From positions 224,001-288,000 of the forward strand of contig OZ245777.1 of the NCBI GenBank assembly GCA_965227775.1: a stretch of 64,000 nt of DNA, read 5' to 3'. A program made the position numbers and the translations under genes. The stretch's first letter is position 1. Each line of letters begins with the position of its first letter. The notes below the pieces were generated by a model, which was not told the DNA's origin, did not search any database, and was given only the letters and a program-made list of their open reading frames with translations. Source of the DNA: Phycisphaerales bacterium (GTDB lineage Bacteria; Planctomycetota; Phycisphaerae; Phycisphaerales; UBA1924). This document shows, piece by piece, positions 1 to 10,200 of the stretch.

Positions 1-674
1 AGATCGATGGCGTGCCGGGGACGACGCTGCTCGGCCGCTTCAAGGACGGCGCGTGGGAGCCGGTCGGCGATGGGCTCGTGCGCAGCTCGGTCACCGGCGA
101 CGCGGGCCAGCTCGCGGTGTTCGATGACGGCAATGGTCCGGCGCTCTACGTCGGCGGGCGGAGCTTCTTCGCCGCCAGCGCGAGCGGCACGGGCGATGTC
201 TTCAAGTGGGACGGCAGCGAATGGTCTGTGGTCGGCCAGGACATCAGCGGTATCGTCACTCGGCTGTTCGCGTGGGACGACGGCAGCGGCGAAGCGCTCT
301 ATATGGCCACCAGCGACTCGTCGCTCGGCCGGGTTGCACGCCTCGAGGGCGACACGTGGGTGACCGTCGATGGTGGCGTGGCTGGCGGGTCAGCGTTTGG
401 CCTCGGCTCTTGGAGCGGCGACCTGTTCGTGGGCGGTAGCTTCGAGACGGTCAACGGCGAGGTCGCCAGCGGAATCGTGCGCCGCACGGGCTGCGACGGC
501 GGTTCGTGCTACGCCGACTTCGATGGCGATGGCGAGCTGACGATCTTCGACTTCCTGGCGTACCAGAATGCGTTCGACGCGGGCGATCTCGCGGCCGACT
601 GCGACGAGGATGGGTCGCTGACCATCTTCGACTTCTTGTGCTTCCAGAACAGCTTCGACGCCGGCTGCCCCTAG
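1..674 (+). CDS. 5'-truncated beta-propeller repeat protein with C-terminal dockerin-like GC tail
   Basis: Frame is open from base 3 (IDGVPGTTLLGRF...). Repeats FDDGNGPALYVGG / WDDGSGEALY. Tail [55 protein letters not shown]. Paralogue of 801..2198. Confidence 0.85.
   Translation, partial: IDGVPGTTLLGRFKDGAWEPVGDGLVRSSVTGDAGQLAVFDDGNGPALYVGGRSFFAASASGTGDVFKWDGSEWSVVGQDISGIVTRLFAWDDGSGEALYMATSDSSLGRVARLEGDTWVTVDGGVAGGSAFGLGSWSGDLFVGGSFETVNGEVASGIVRRTGCDGGSCYADFDGDGELTIFDFLAYQNAFDAGDLAADCDEDGSLTIFDFLCFQNSFDAGCP
507..674 (+). repeat. dockerin-like GC tail module, one of five dispersed copies
   Basis: Other copies are 2031-2198(+), 22697-22864(+), 23771-23938(-) and 52978-53142(-). Each is 165-168 nt with two DxDxDG..xIFDFL..Q..F units. 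Confidence 0.9.
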
Positions 675-718
675 GGCACGCCCGAATAACTGGCATCGAG
701 TACGCAGACACACTGATT

Positions 719-752
719 CCCCCTCGCTTGCTTGGCGGGCGAGGGGGTTCTG
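719..752 (+). terminator. probable intrinsic terminator hairpin
   Basis: CCCCCTCGCTTGC-TTG-GCGGGCGAGGGGG (13-bp stem with two G-U pairs) followed by TTCTG, a weak U-tract. Lies between the two propeller genes. Confidence 0.5.
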
Positions 753-800
753 CTGTTATGATGTCGCAAGAGAGCGAACACCATTACGGAGGAGTGCAAG

Positions 801-2198
801 ATGAAGGTGAAGACGACCATCGGAGTAATCCTGGCCGCCGGCGTCGCGACGAGCGCGTTCGGCCAGTGCGAGCCGGCGTGGGATGGACAGCTCGGCAACC
901 CGGGCGTTGATCGCGGCTACGTCCAGCCCATGATGAACTGGGACGACGGCAGCGGCGAGAAGCTGTATGTCGGTGGTTCGTTCGGTGGCATCATCGGTGC
1001 GCCTGGTAGCACGATCCTCGCGTCGTGGGATCGCGACACGAACACGTGGTCGCGCGTTGGCACGCCCGGGCTGAGCACCGGCAGCACCAATGGCTTCCTG
1101 ACCAACATCATGCCGTTCGATGTGTTTGGCGAGGAGCGTCTGGTTGTCGCCGGGTTTTTCGCGAGTGCGGGCGCCGTGGCCGACACGCGTTCGATCGCCG
1201 CGTGGAACGGCGACGAGTGGATTTCCATGGGCGCTGGCCTGCCTGCGCCGCAGAGCATCTGGGCAATGATCAAGGCTGACATCGGCGATGGTGAGAACCT
1301 CATCATCGGCGGCGCGTGGCCCGAGATCGGCGGCCAGTTCGGTGCCGATCTGGCGCAGTGGGATGGCGAGGAGTGGCTGCCGGTGGGCGACGGTCTGGGC
1401 ATTACCGGCTCGTTCAGCCCCACCGTGTTTGCGCTCGAGATGTTCGACGACGGGTCGGGCCCGGCCCTGTATGCCGGCGGCCGCTTCGACAGCATCGGCG
1501 GAGGCGCGGGCACGAGCCTGCTCGGCCGATTCAACGGCACGTCCTGGGAAGCGGTTGGTCCGGGATTGCTCCCTGGAGGAGTCACCTCCCAGGTTGCGGC
1601 CATGACCGTATTCGATGATGGCACCGGTCCGGCGCTGTACGTGGGCATGGGCAGCGGTGTGCGTATCTCCGGCGTGCCCTTCGCCAGCGTGTACAAGTGG
1701 GACGGCGTCGAGTGGTCGGCGGTCGGCCAGGAGTTCGGTGGCCGCGTGACGGACTTCCAGGTCTGGGACGACGGCAGCGGCCCTGCCCTGTATGTCGCGG
1801 GCACCGCCGTTCCGCCTATCGAGTACCTCGCGAAGCTCGTGGACGACGAGTGGGTGCCCGTCGACGGCGGCATCGCCAGCCAGCCGGCGACGAGCGGCTC
1901 GTTTGCGAGCGTGTTCGGCCTGCACGTGTGGGACAACGATCTCTACGTAGGTGGAAACTTCACGCTGGTCGGTGATCCGGCGATCGAAGTGCGTGGACTC
2001 GTCCGTCGCACGGGATGCGCCGACGCTGGTTGCTTTGCCGACTTCAACGGCGACGGCGCGCTGGACATCTTCGACTTCCTGGCGTTCCAGAACGCGTTCG
2101 ACGCGGGCGACCTGGCGGCCGACTGCACCGAGGACGGCTCGCTTGATATCTTCGATTTCCTGTGCTTCCAAAACGCGTTCGACGCGGGCTGCGATTGA
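801..2198 (+). CDS. exported seven-repeat beta-propeller protein with dockerin-like GC tail
   Basis: RBS GGAGGAG. Signal peptide MKVKTTIGVILAAGVATSAFG. Seven repeats of roughly [FW]DDGxGxxLYVGG...W[DN]GxxWxxVG. C-terminal double EF-hand-like tail ending GCD. Confidence 0.9.
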   Translation: MKVKTTIGVILAAGVATSAFGQCEPAWDGQLGNPGVDRGYVQPMMNWDDGSGEKLYVGGSFGGIIGAPGSTILASWDRDTNTWSRVGTPGLSTGSTNGFLTNIMPFDVFGEERLVVAGFFASAGAVADTRSIAAWNGDEWISMGAGLPAPQSIWAMIKADIGDGENLIIGGAWPEIGGQFGADLAQWDGEEWLPVGDGLGITGSFSPTVFALEMFDDGSGPALYAGGRFDSIGGGAGTSLLGRFNGTSWEAVGPGLLPGGVTSQVAAMTVFDDGTGPALYVGMGSGVRISGVPFASVYKWDGVEWSAVGQEFGGRVTDFQVWDDGSGPALYVAGTAVPPIEYLAKLVDDEWVPVDGGIASQPATSGSFASVFGLHVWDNDLYVGGNFTLVGDPAIEVRGLVRRTGCADAGCFADFNGDGALDIFDFLAFQNAFDAGDLAADCTEDGSLDIFDFLCFQNAFDAGCD

Positions 2199-2213
2199 TC
2201 GGCGTCGATCTCG

Positions 2214-2972
2214 CTAACGCTGGTCGAACTGCTTGAGCTTCAGGCGGGTGCGGTGGTGCTCGGGCGCCACCGTGCCGCCTGCGGTCTGGCCCTTCATGTA
2301 GTCCTTCTGCCAGGTGTCCTGCCCGCCCTGGTGGCGGGTGATGGCCTGCTGGCGGCTGGCGGCCCAGCTCAAGTATGCCTTCTGCGTAACCGGCTCTTTC
2401 TCGATGTTGGTCGCTCCCGGCTCGGTCCACTCGAGCAGCGCGAGCGGGTAGGGCATGATCATGCAGATTGGCTCGCCCTTGCGGAACCAGACGTCGGTGC
2501 CGCGCTTCATGACCTTCCAGTTCATCGTGAAGGTGCTGGGCGACCAATCGGTCTCGACCAATCCGTCGAGCGGGACGGCGTAGTCCTTGGGGTAGTTGGT
2601 CGCGCCGCGGACAAAGAGGCCGATCTTCGGCGGCGTACGGAAGAGCCAGGGCAGGCGGAACGTGACGATGCCGCTGCCGAAGTGGCTCACGATGAATTGG
2701 TCGATGCCCTTGGGCCCGTCGTGGACCTTGATGGTCAGTGCATCGGGCATGTCCTTTCCGTTCCACTTCATCGAGACGGTGGCCGGGCACGGGATGACCC
2801 AGCCACTCTGGTTTGCCATTGCCAAGGGCAGGCAGCGGTACGCCCCCTTGCCTGGAGTCTTGTCCATCCACTCGCGGGTGGGGCCGGCGGGCTCGATGCT
2901 CCAGCCGGTGGCGTCGCTGACGATGTAGGCCGTCAGGGGGCAGGGGCCGTCGATGGTGATGGACTCGGGCAT
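2214..2972 (-). CDS. DUF6065-family protein
   Basis: REWMDKTPGKGAYRCLPLAMANQSGW, SHFGSGIVTF, GLVETDWSPSTFTMNWK and WQKDYMKG motifs. RBS GAGGAG upstream. Confidence 0.75.
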   Translation of the reverse strand: MPESITIDGPCPLTAYIVSDATGWSIEPAGPTREWMDKTPGKGAYRCLPLAMANQSGWVIPCPATVSMKWNGKDMPDALTIKVHDGPKGIDQFIVSHFGSGIVTFRLPWLFRTPPKIGLFVRGATNYPKDYAVPLDGLVETDWSPSTFTMNWKVMKRGTDVWFRKGEPICMIMPYPLALLEWTEPGATNIEKEPVTQKAYLSWAASRQQAITRHQGGQDTWQKDYMKGQTAGGTVAPEHHRTRLKLKQFDQR

Positions 2973-3050
2973 GGTGTCTCGCTCCTCGGGTGCTGCCGAG
3001 CAGCATATGGGGCTGGAGGCGTGGCAACGAAAACTTCACACAGATCATGA

Positions 3051-3088
3051 CCCGAACACTTGACGGCTTGTTCGGGCTCTGGTACACT
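3051..3088 (+). promoter_or_regulatory. sigma70-type recA promoter overlapped by an 8-bp inverted repeat (candidate repressor operator)
   Basis: TTGACG (3060-65), 17 nt, TACACT (3083-88). CCCGAACA (3051-58) N10 TGTTCGGG (3069-76). Confidence 0.7.
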
Positions 3089-3249
3089 CGGCCGGCCGGG
3101 CACGCGACCAGCGCCGCCCCCGGCCTCCGACGCCCTTCGGTCACGGTGGACCGGGCCCGGGCCACGAGCGCTGCAGCGGTGTGACGCCCGGCTGGAGAAC
3201 GAGATTCTCCCGCAGGCCACGGCACGCCGAAGACATCTGGAGGTGCCCC

Positions 3250-4434
<1,185 letters not shown>

Positions 4435-4528
4435 GGCCGAAGACCGTTTGCGGTCCGTCCGAGCGTGGCCAGCGGTTGCTCCGAGGCGGGGACGTGGGCT
4501 ACACTCCCCACCGCCTTCTGGCGCCACC

Positions 4529-4614
4529 GCGGATGTGGCGGAATTGGCAGACGCGCTAGGTTCAGGTCCTAGTGGGAGTAAAATCCCGTGGAGGTTCGAC
4601 TCCTCTCATCCGCA
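4529..4614 (+). tRNA. tRNA-Leu (anticodon CAG)
   Basis: Acceptor GCGGATG/CATCCGC+A. D-loop GGAATTGGCAGAC. Anticodon arm CTAGG-TTCAGGT-CCTAG. Long variable arm. GGTTCGACTCC. CCA not encoded. Confidence 0.95.
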
Positions 4615-4621
4615 CTCTGAA

Positions 4622-4647
4622 GCCCCGGGCAGTGCCCGGGGTTTTTT
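4622..4647 (+). terminator. intrinsic terminator after tRNA-Leu(CAG)
   Basis: CCCCGGGC-AGT-GCCCGGGG followed by TTTTTT. Confidence 0.85.
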
Positions 4648-5980
4648 ACTTGCTGCCGTTCGTTTCCACCACGCCTAGGTGCGTGCGAAAGAACTCGATC
4701 ATCGCTGGGAAGGCCTCTCGCCTAACGGCGGCGTCGTGGCGGTCGAGCGGCGTAAAGGCATGGCCCGAGAGACCGTGGCCGGCGTTGCGATCGACGATCA
4801 GCAGCGTGTCGAGTCCGGCTGCGTCGCGACGTTCCTTGATGTTGCGGACCATGTCGCCCGAGTCCCAGGTGGTGTCGGCGTCGCCGCCGATGAGCATGAC
4901 GGGCTCGTCGATGAGCTCGACCTCGATGCGCGCCTCGGCAACGCGATCGGGGTTGGCCAACCGGCCAGCGTCGTGTGCGAGGCGGATCTTGACGGGCTGG
5001 TCGCGCTCGCCCTTGGCAAACTCGGCACCCATGCCCAAGTAGGGCACAAACGGCAGCGGCTCGCCTTCCCAGCTGAAGCTGCTGGGAGACGGTTGGCCGC
5101 GCCCGAGGCCCCAACCCTCCCAGATGACGTCGCTGGGCACGTAGGCGACGATCGCAGAAAAGCCCTCGATGCGGCTGGCGCCCGCGAGCGCAAACTCGCC
5201 GCCCTTCGACACGCCCCACACCCCGATGTGTTCACCGTCGAGATCGTCGCGTGCTCGGATCCAATCGCGTGCATCACGGAGGGGTTCGAGCGGGAGGTTT
5301 GCAAACGCACGGGGCAGGTCGGGGAACTGCTGCGCCTGATCACCCCATGCTGGCGAGTAGTACGGCAGGCCAAACACGGCGAAACCGCGCGACGCGAGCT
5401 GCCGGCCGACGCTGCGAGCGGCACCGTCGTTGCCTTCCGAGCCGCCGAGGGCAATGACGACGGGCAGGCGTTCGTCGCCGGGCGGTCGCAGCAAAAACGC
5501 GCCGGGCAGCGAGTCGCCGACTCGCGTTTCGACGAGGTCGTCCCGGCCGCGAAGGAGTTCGACCTCACCCGTGGCGTCGGGCTGGCCGTCTGCGTCGGCG
5601 TCTACCGAGAACGTGATGAGCCCCCATGGGCGGGTCGCCGTTGGTGGCTCTGCTTGAGTCGCCGAGGATTGCATCGACCAGAACAGGCCGGTCGGGTCGG
5701 CACCGGACCAGCGAGCCGCAATGGGCGCGTCGTTCATGGGATCGATGCGTCCCTGCTCATTGGCGCGGAATGCGGCGAAGCTGTCGTACCAGGTTTGGGA
5801 ACGGCTACTGAATCGCTTCGCGCTGATGATCGCCAGCGCGTTCGGCTCGAGGCCGCGAACGTCGAGCGACACGGGATCCCCGGCGAGTACCTTCTCGCGC
5901 TCAACAACGACCTCGGGCTGTGCAACGGCGTTCGTCGCCAGCGCCATGGCCAGGGACATGAGGAGCGTCGTCTTGATCAT
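4646..5980 (-). CDS. exported acyl-CoA thioesterase / BAAT-family alpha/beta hydrolase
   Basis: Signal peptide MIKTTLLMSLAMALA, RBS AGGAGG. FRANEQGRID, DPTGLFWSM, GGSEG, nucleophile GVSKGGE, D..W, AGHG. Confidence 0.85.
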   Translation of the reverse strand: MIKTTLLMSLAMALATNAVAQPEVVVEREKVLAGDPVSLDVRGLEPNALAIISAKRFSSRSQTWYDSFAAFRANEQGRIDPMNDAPIAARWSGADPTGLFWSMQSSATQAEPPTATRPWGLITFSVDADADGQPDATGEVELLRGRDDLVETRVGDSLPGAFLLRPPGDERLPVVIALGGSEGNDGAARSVGRQLASRGFAVFGLPYYSPAWGDQAQQFPDLPRAFANLPLEPLRDARDWIRARDDLDGEHIGVWGVSKGGEFALAGASRIEGFSAIVAYVPSDVIWEGWGLGRGQPSPSSFSWEGEPLPFVPYLGMGAEFAKGERDQPVKIRLAHDAGRLANPDRVAEARIEVELIDEPVMLIGGDADTTWDSGDMVRNIKERRDAAGLDTLLIVDRNAGHGLSGHAFTPLDRHDAAVRREAFPAMIEFFRTHLGVVETNGSK

Positions 5981-6474
5981 GCTCGCGTCTCCTCCTGCAT
6001 CGATCCAACGCGTTGGGCCTGCCACACGGCACCGCACTCGGGACAACGGAACGCCCGCTCGAACGTCTCGATGCGCTCGGCGTGCAGGCCAGTCAGATCG
6101 TACAGGCAACCTGGGCATTCCCCACGCTTGAGACGCTTGGGGATCTGGACCGAGGGCCTCCGGCGTCGCAGAAAGTCGATGACAAAACATCCAAACAGCG
6201 GGAGGTACAGGAAGGAGAAGACGACACCCAAGATATCGCGAGCCGCTGTACCAGACGGGACCGCGTACTGCCACGTCAGAGCGCTGACGCCCATGACCGA
6301 GAGGATGATAGCGACCCGGAAAACCTGATCCTGGACCGACACGGGCACAGGCTTGCGTCCCTTTGCTCGCCGGCGTTCTTCGTTGTACGACAGGATCACC
6401 CGCGGGATGCGATGGCCCAGATCATCAACCCACCCGTTCGGTGCATTCTGGGCTGGGTTGATCGCGGAGTCCAA
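5977..6474 (-). CDS. small membrane protein with C-terminal zinc-ribbon motif
   Basis: Two hydrophobic helices, then CPGCLYDLTGL...RCPECG. The TTG start abuts the tRNA, so the start is uncertain. 4-nt ATGA overlap with the next gene. Confidence 0.7.
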   Translation of the reverse strand: MDSAINPAQNAPNGWVDDLGHRIPRVILSYNEERRRAKGRKPVPVSVQDQVFRVAIILSVMGVSALTWQYAVPSGTAARDILGVVFSFLYLPLFGCFVIDFLRRRRPSVQIPKRLKRGECPGCLYDLTGLHAERIETFERAFRCPECGAVWQAQRVGSMQEETRA

Positions 6475-6475
6475 A

Positions 6476-6559
6476 TGCCGGAGGGGGGACTCGAACCCCC
6501 ACTGGTTTTACCCAAGCGGATTTTGAATCCGCCGCGTCTGCCAATTCCGCCACTCCGGC
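6476..6559 (-). tRNA. tRNA-Leu (anticodon CAA)
   Basis: Reverse complement GCCGGAGTGGCGGAATTGGCAGACGCGGCGGATTCAAAATCCGCTTGGGTAAAACCAGTGGGGGTTCGAGTCCCCCCTCCGGCA. Arm GCGGA-TTCAAAA-TCCGC. TATGAT box 10 nt upstream. Confidence 0.95.
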
Positions 6560-6570
6560 TGCGGCGGTCA

Positions 6571-7272
6571 TCATACGCCTGGCGATCTCCTGGCTCTGGC
6601 CCACAGAACTGCCCCAGCGGCGACGAACGCGACAGCAACAAGTGCCAGCCAGATGGTCGGCACGGCAGACGGTGGTGCGCTGGACGCCGGCGATTGCGTT
6701 GCGACGGGCATCAGGGGCTGGCTGACCGTGGAGACGTCCATCCCTGCGGAGACTTCCGCGACGGGGACGGTCATGTACTGCTCCTCGGCGTCGGGCAGTT
6801 TGAAGACGACGAAGACCTCGTCGAGGACGTGGGGCGAACGCACGCACAGCTCGGCGGTGCCGTCGGGGATGCGTGCCTCGAGCACGAACGGCATCGCGAT
6901 GGGCAACCGCCACGATGGGTTATCCAGTTTCCATTGCTGCACATGCTCGAGGGCAGGTGCGTGCACGAGCTGGTAGTCGATGCGATCGCCGTCCGCGAGC
7001 AGCCAGAACCCCGACTCGAATCGCTCGCGGGCGTCGGTGAGGGCGGCCGCGATCGCGTCATCGGGGCCTTCAAGCAGCTCGTACATCTGCCAGTCCAACA
7101 CCTCGGCCGAGGTCGAATTGAGCGCGTACGCCGGGACGTCGTGGATGACACGGATCTCGATCGACCCGCCCTCATTGCCACGCGACGCATCGATGATGAC
7201 GTACGTCTGGAGCGCTGGATGCGCGCATGCGCACGAACCCGCGAGCAGCAACATGGCGCACGAGCGGGTCAT
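6571..7272 (-). CDS. hypothetical exported protein with C-terminal membrane anchor
   Basis: ATG overlaps the mannosidase stop (ATGA). Signal-like start followed by AHP. Pro/Ser linker, TM helix IWLALVAVAFVAAGAVLW, then ARARR. Confidence 0.65.
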   Translation of the reverse strand: MTRSCAMLLLAGSCACAHPALQTYVIIDASRGNEGGSIEIRVIHDVPAYALNSTSAEVLDWQMYELLEGPDDAIAAALTDARERFESGFWLLADGDRIDYQLVHAPALEHVQQWKLDNPSWRLPIAMPFVLEARIPDGTAELCVRSPHVLDEVFVVFKLPDAEEQYMTVPVAEVSAGMDVSTVSQPLMPVATQSPASSAPPSAVPTIWLALVAVAFVAAGAVLWARARRSPGV

Positions 7273-10200
7273 TGCGGAGCGTTGCCCAGCAGGGTGCCGA
7301 GCGCCTTCTCGGTCAGCGCCTGGTCCCAGATCGTGAGGTTGGTCAGGTCGCCCTTGAATTGATAGCGTCGGTCCCACGGGTCGAGCGGCGCGATATGGAT
7401 GACGTTGGCATCGTCGGAGAGTCGAACGGTGCGCTGGCCGACGGGCTTGCCGTCCTTGTAGAGCCGGCCCTCGCGACCGTCGTAGGTCGCCGTGACCATC
7501 TGCCAGCGGCCGAGGTCGTACTGCGTGCGGCTGGGCACGTCCTGGTTGTGGCTCCACATGTGCAAGCCGCCGGCAAACTTGGTGAGGTATCGCGCCTGCC
7601 CGCCGTTGCGTGCGTCGCAATTGCCGAACCCAACCAGCGGCGTTCGGTTGGTCGGCTGCTCGTCCATGCGCACCCAGACGTTGATCGTCCACGCGTCTTC
7701 GGCGTTGATCGGCAAGTTGGGAACGTTCTCGACGCTCGTGCCGTACCGGCTCTTCTCGATGAGGTCGAGGGCGTAGACCGGGCCCGAGATGACGAACGTC
7801 TGGCGATCGCTCTCGAGCGTGTTCGCGGCAGGCGATCGGTCGCGCACGGACTGGACATGCAGCGTGTAGGGCTTGCCCACGGCTGGAGCGCTCGCGAGTT
7901 CGACGGTCGCACCGCGATTGTCGTCGTCCATGGTGACGCGCCGGACGGCGATTGAGGGCTCGATAGAGACTCTGTCCGGTTCCATCGCCTGTATGGGCTC
8001 GGAGAACGCGACGCGGAGTTCGGGCATCTCGTACATTGCGAGCACGTCGCGCACGCTCGGGGCGGTCTCATCGACCACGCGAATCGTGCGGCTCTGGACG
8101 GGCCCCATGCTTCCATTGGCGTCGACCGCGGCGGTGCGCACGGTCATGGTCTCGCTGAGCAGCAGCGGGCTCTCGTACACGGGCGAGTCGGCGGACGGGT
8201 TTGATCCATCGGTGGTGTAGCGGAACGAGCCCGGCGCCCAGTAGAGGCTTGGCTCGATGGTCGCCTCGATCGTGTCGGTGTGGCCGCCGTTTCGGCCGGT
8301 GGGCACGCCGGACACTTCGATGGTGGGCGGCCGCAGCTGGTGATCCGCGAGCGTGTCGAAGAGCGCTCGCCCGGGGGTGGCTGCGTGACCAACGCGTGCG
8401 ACGGTAGCGGCGAAGATCTTGATGCGTGGGTCGTCGGGCAGCGTGATCAAAGACGCGCCAGCCGGAAGTTGGATCGCCGTTCGGAACAGATAGCTGTAGC
8501 GATAAATGGCGTCTTCGCCGCCGACTTCATTTGCGGCGTGATGGTGCGAGGCGTACCACGCGATCTCGTCGGGCTTCACGTAGCCCGGCGTCAGACCGAT
8601 GATGTCGGTGCGACCCCATGGGTATCGAGGGTCGGTGATGTCACCCGGCCATTCGCGGCGGTCCCACTGGCCGACGTATCCGTCCCAGGCCTGGGCTCGG
8701 AGAGCATGCTCGTTGCCATCGATACTGACAAGCGACTCAACATCGCCTTCGCTCGAGGCAATCAAGAGGTAGAGCGTATCGAACTCGCCGTCGGGCAGGC
8801 TCAGTTGCTGGCCGCTGCATGTCACCGCGTTGGCATCGTGGCCACCCATCTGGAAGTCCACACCTCCGACGGCGAATTGCCGGGGCAGTTGCTCGGCCGG
8901 GTACGAGCGACCGTCGTCGGTCATGCCACCGGCGGCACGGTCGTCGTTGGCCGTCACCGCATCGATGTCATAGGGCAGCTTGACCGTCTGCGTGCGCGGC
9001 GGCTGAACGCTCGCTCCGACGTCGTTCACGTCGATGGCAATGGCCTTGAGCCCAAAGCCTCCTAAGTCGGTGGTGACCGAACCATCGGTGACGGCCATGT
9101 CCTCGATGTGGCGTTCCTGCCCGTCGATCTGGCGGGCGTTTGCGATGGTACCAAGATCGCTGGTGATCGTGACACTCTCTGCGGGGCTTCCGGTGTGCTC
9201 CCTTAGTCGGATAACGATCTCGCCGGTGTCCTCGGCCTTCTTCATGGCCTGCACGCTCACGGCGTCGTTGTCGACGCTCAGCAGCGAAACGACCTTGCCG
9301 AGATCGCCCGCGTGCGGGGTTGTGCGGAAGGGGACGAGCGGCTGGTTGAGCGCGGCTGCGTGCCGATAGCTCTCACCCTCGCGCCAGTCGCCGGCGTGGC
9401 CCTGCACGGCATAGAGCACGTGGTGGCGGCCGATGTCTTGGCTCTGCTGGTCGGGGTATCCGCCGCGCACGCCCGGGGTGAACAGCAGGGTGAGGCGGAC
9501 GGTGTTGTCGTCGGGCTTGTCGGCGGCGTACTTGCTGTCGCACATGATCGTCGCACCAAAGTCGCCGCTGGTGTCGGTGAGGTTGAACCACTGATGGAAG
9601 AGGTACTCGTACTGCCGCGGATGGCCGTTGCCCCGCTCGGTGGTGCCGAGATGGATGTCGTACGTGGCCATGGGATTGCTGGCGACGAGCGGGAATGCCG
9701 CGCGGACGCTGCGCTCCCGCGTGTTCCAATCAACGTCGGTGTCGAATTCGACACGATCGCTACCCGAGCCGAGGCGGATGCGCTGAGTGAAGGTCGAGCC
9801 CTCAGCCTGCCGCGTGACCTCGACCGCGACGCGGGCGGGCCCGTTCTCGATGACCTTGAACTCGACGGGGCCTTCCTCGCCGACGAATGCCTTGGCGGGG
9901 AGCTGGCGGTCGGCCCAGTCCATATTCCATGCGGGCCACTGGCTGGGATTCTCATAGTGCAGACCGATGCGTGCAGGGGCGCTGAGCATCTCGGCATCCG
10001 CCTGCTTGTCGAAGATCGATTCGACGTCGCCCCGAGCGTTGAGCGTGACGACGTAATTGCCGTTCTCCAGACGGCGCCCATCGGGGGTGATGCTGAGCTC
10101 GCTTGGTTGACCGGGGAACGCGGCATCACCGAACCGCACGTCGTAGGTTGCGAAGCCGACAGAGGGCACCGTCGCGGCGAACGCGATGCGGGCGAAGCCA

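Noticed and set aside
4615..6475. Integrative element at the tRNA-Leu genes
   Set aside because: No integrase, no duplicated tRNA 3' end, and no mobile-element genes were seen.
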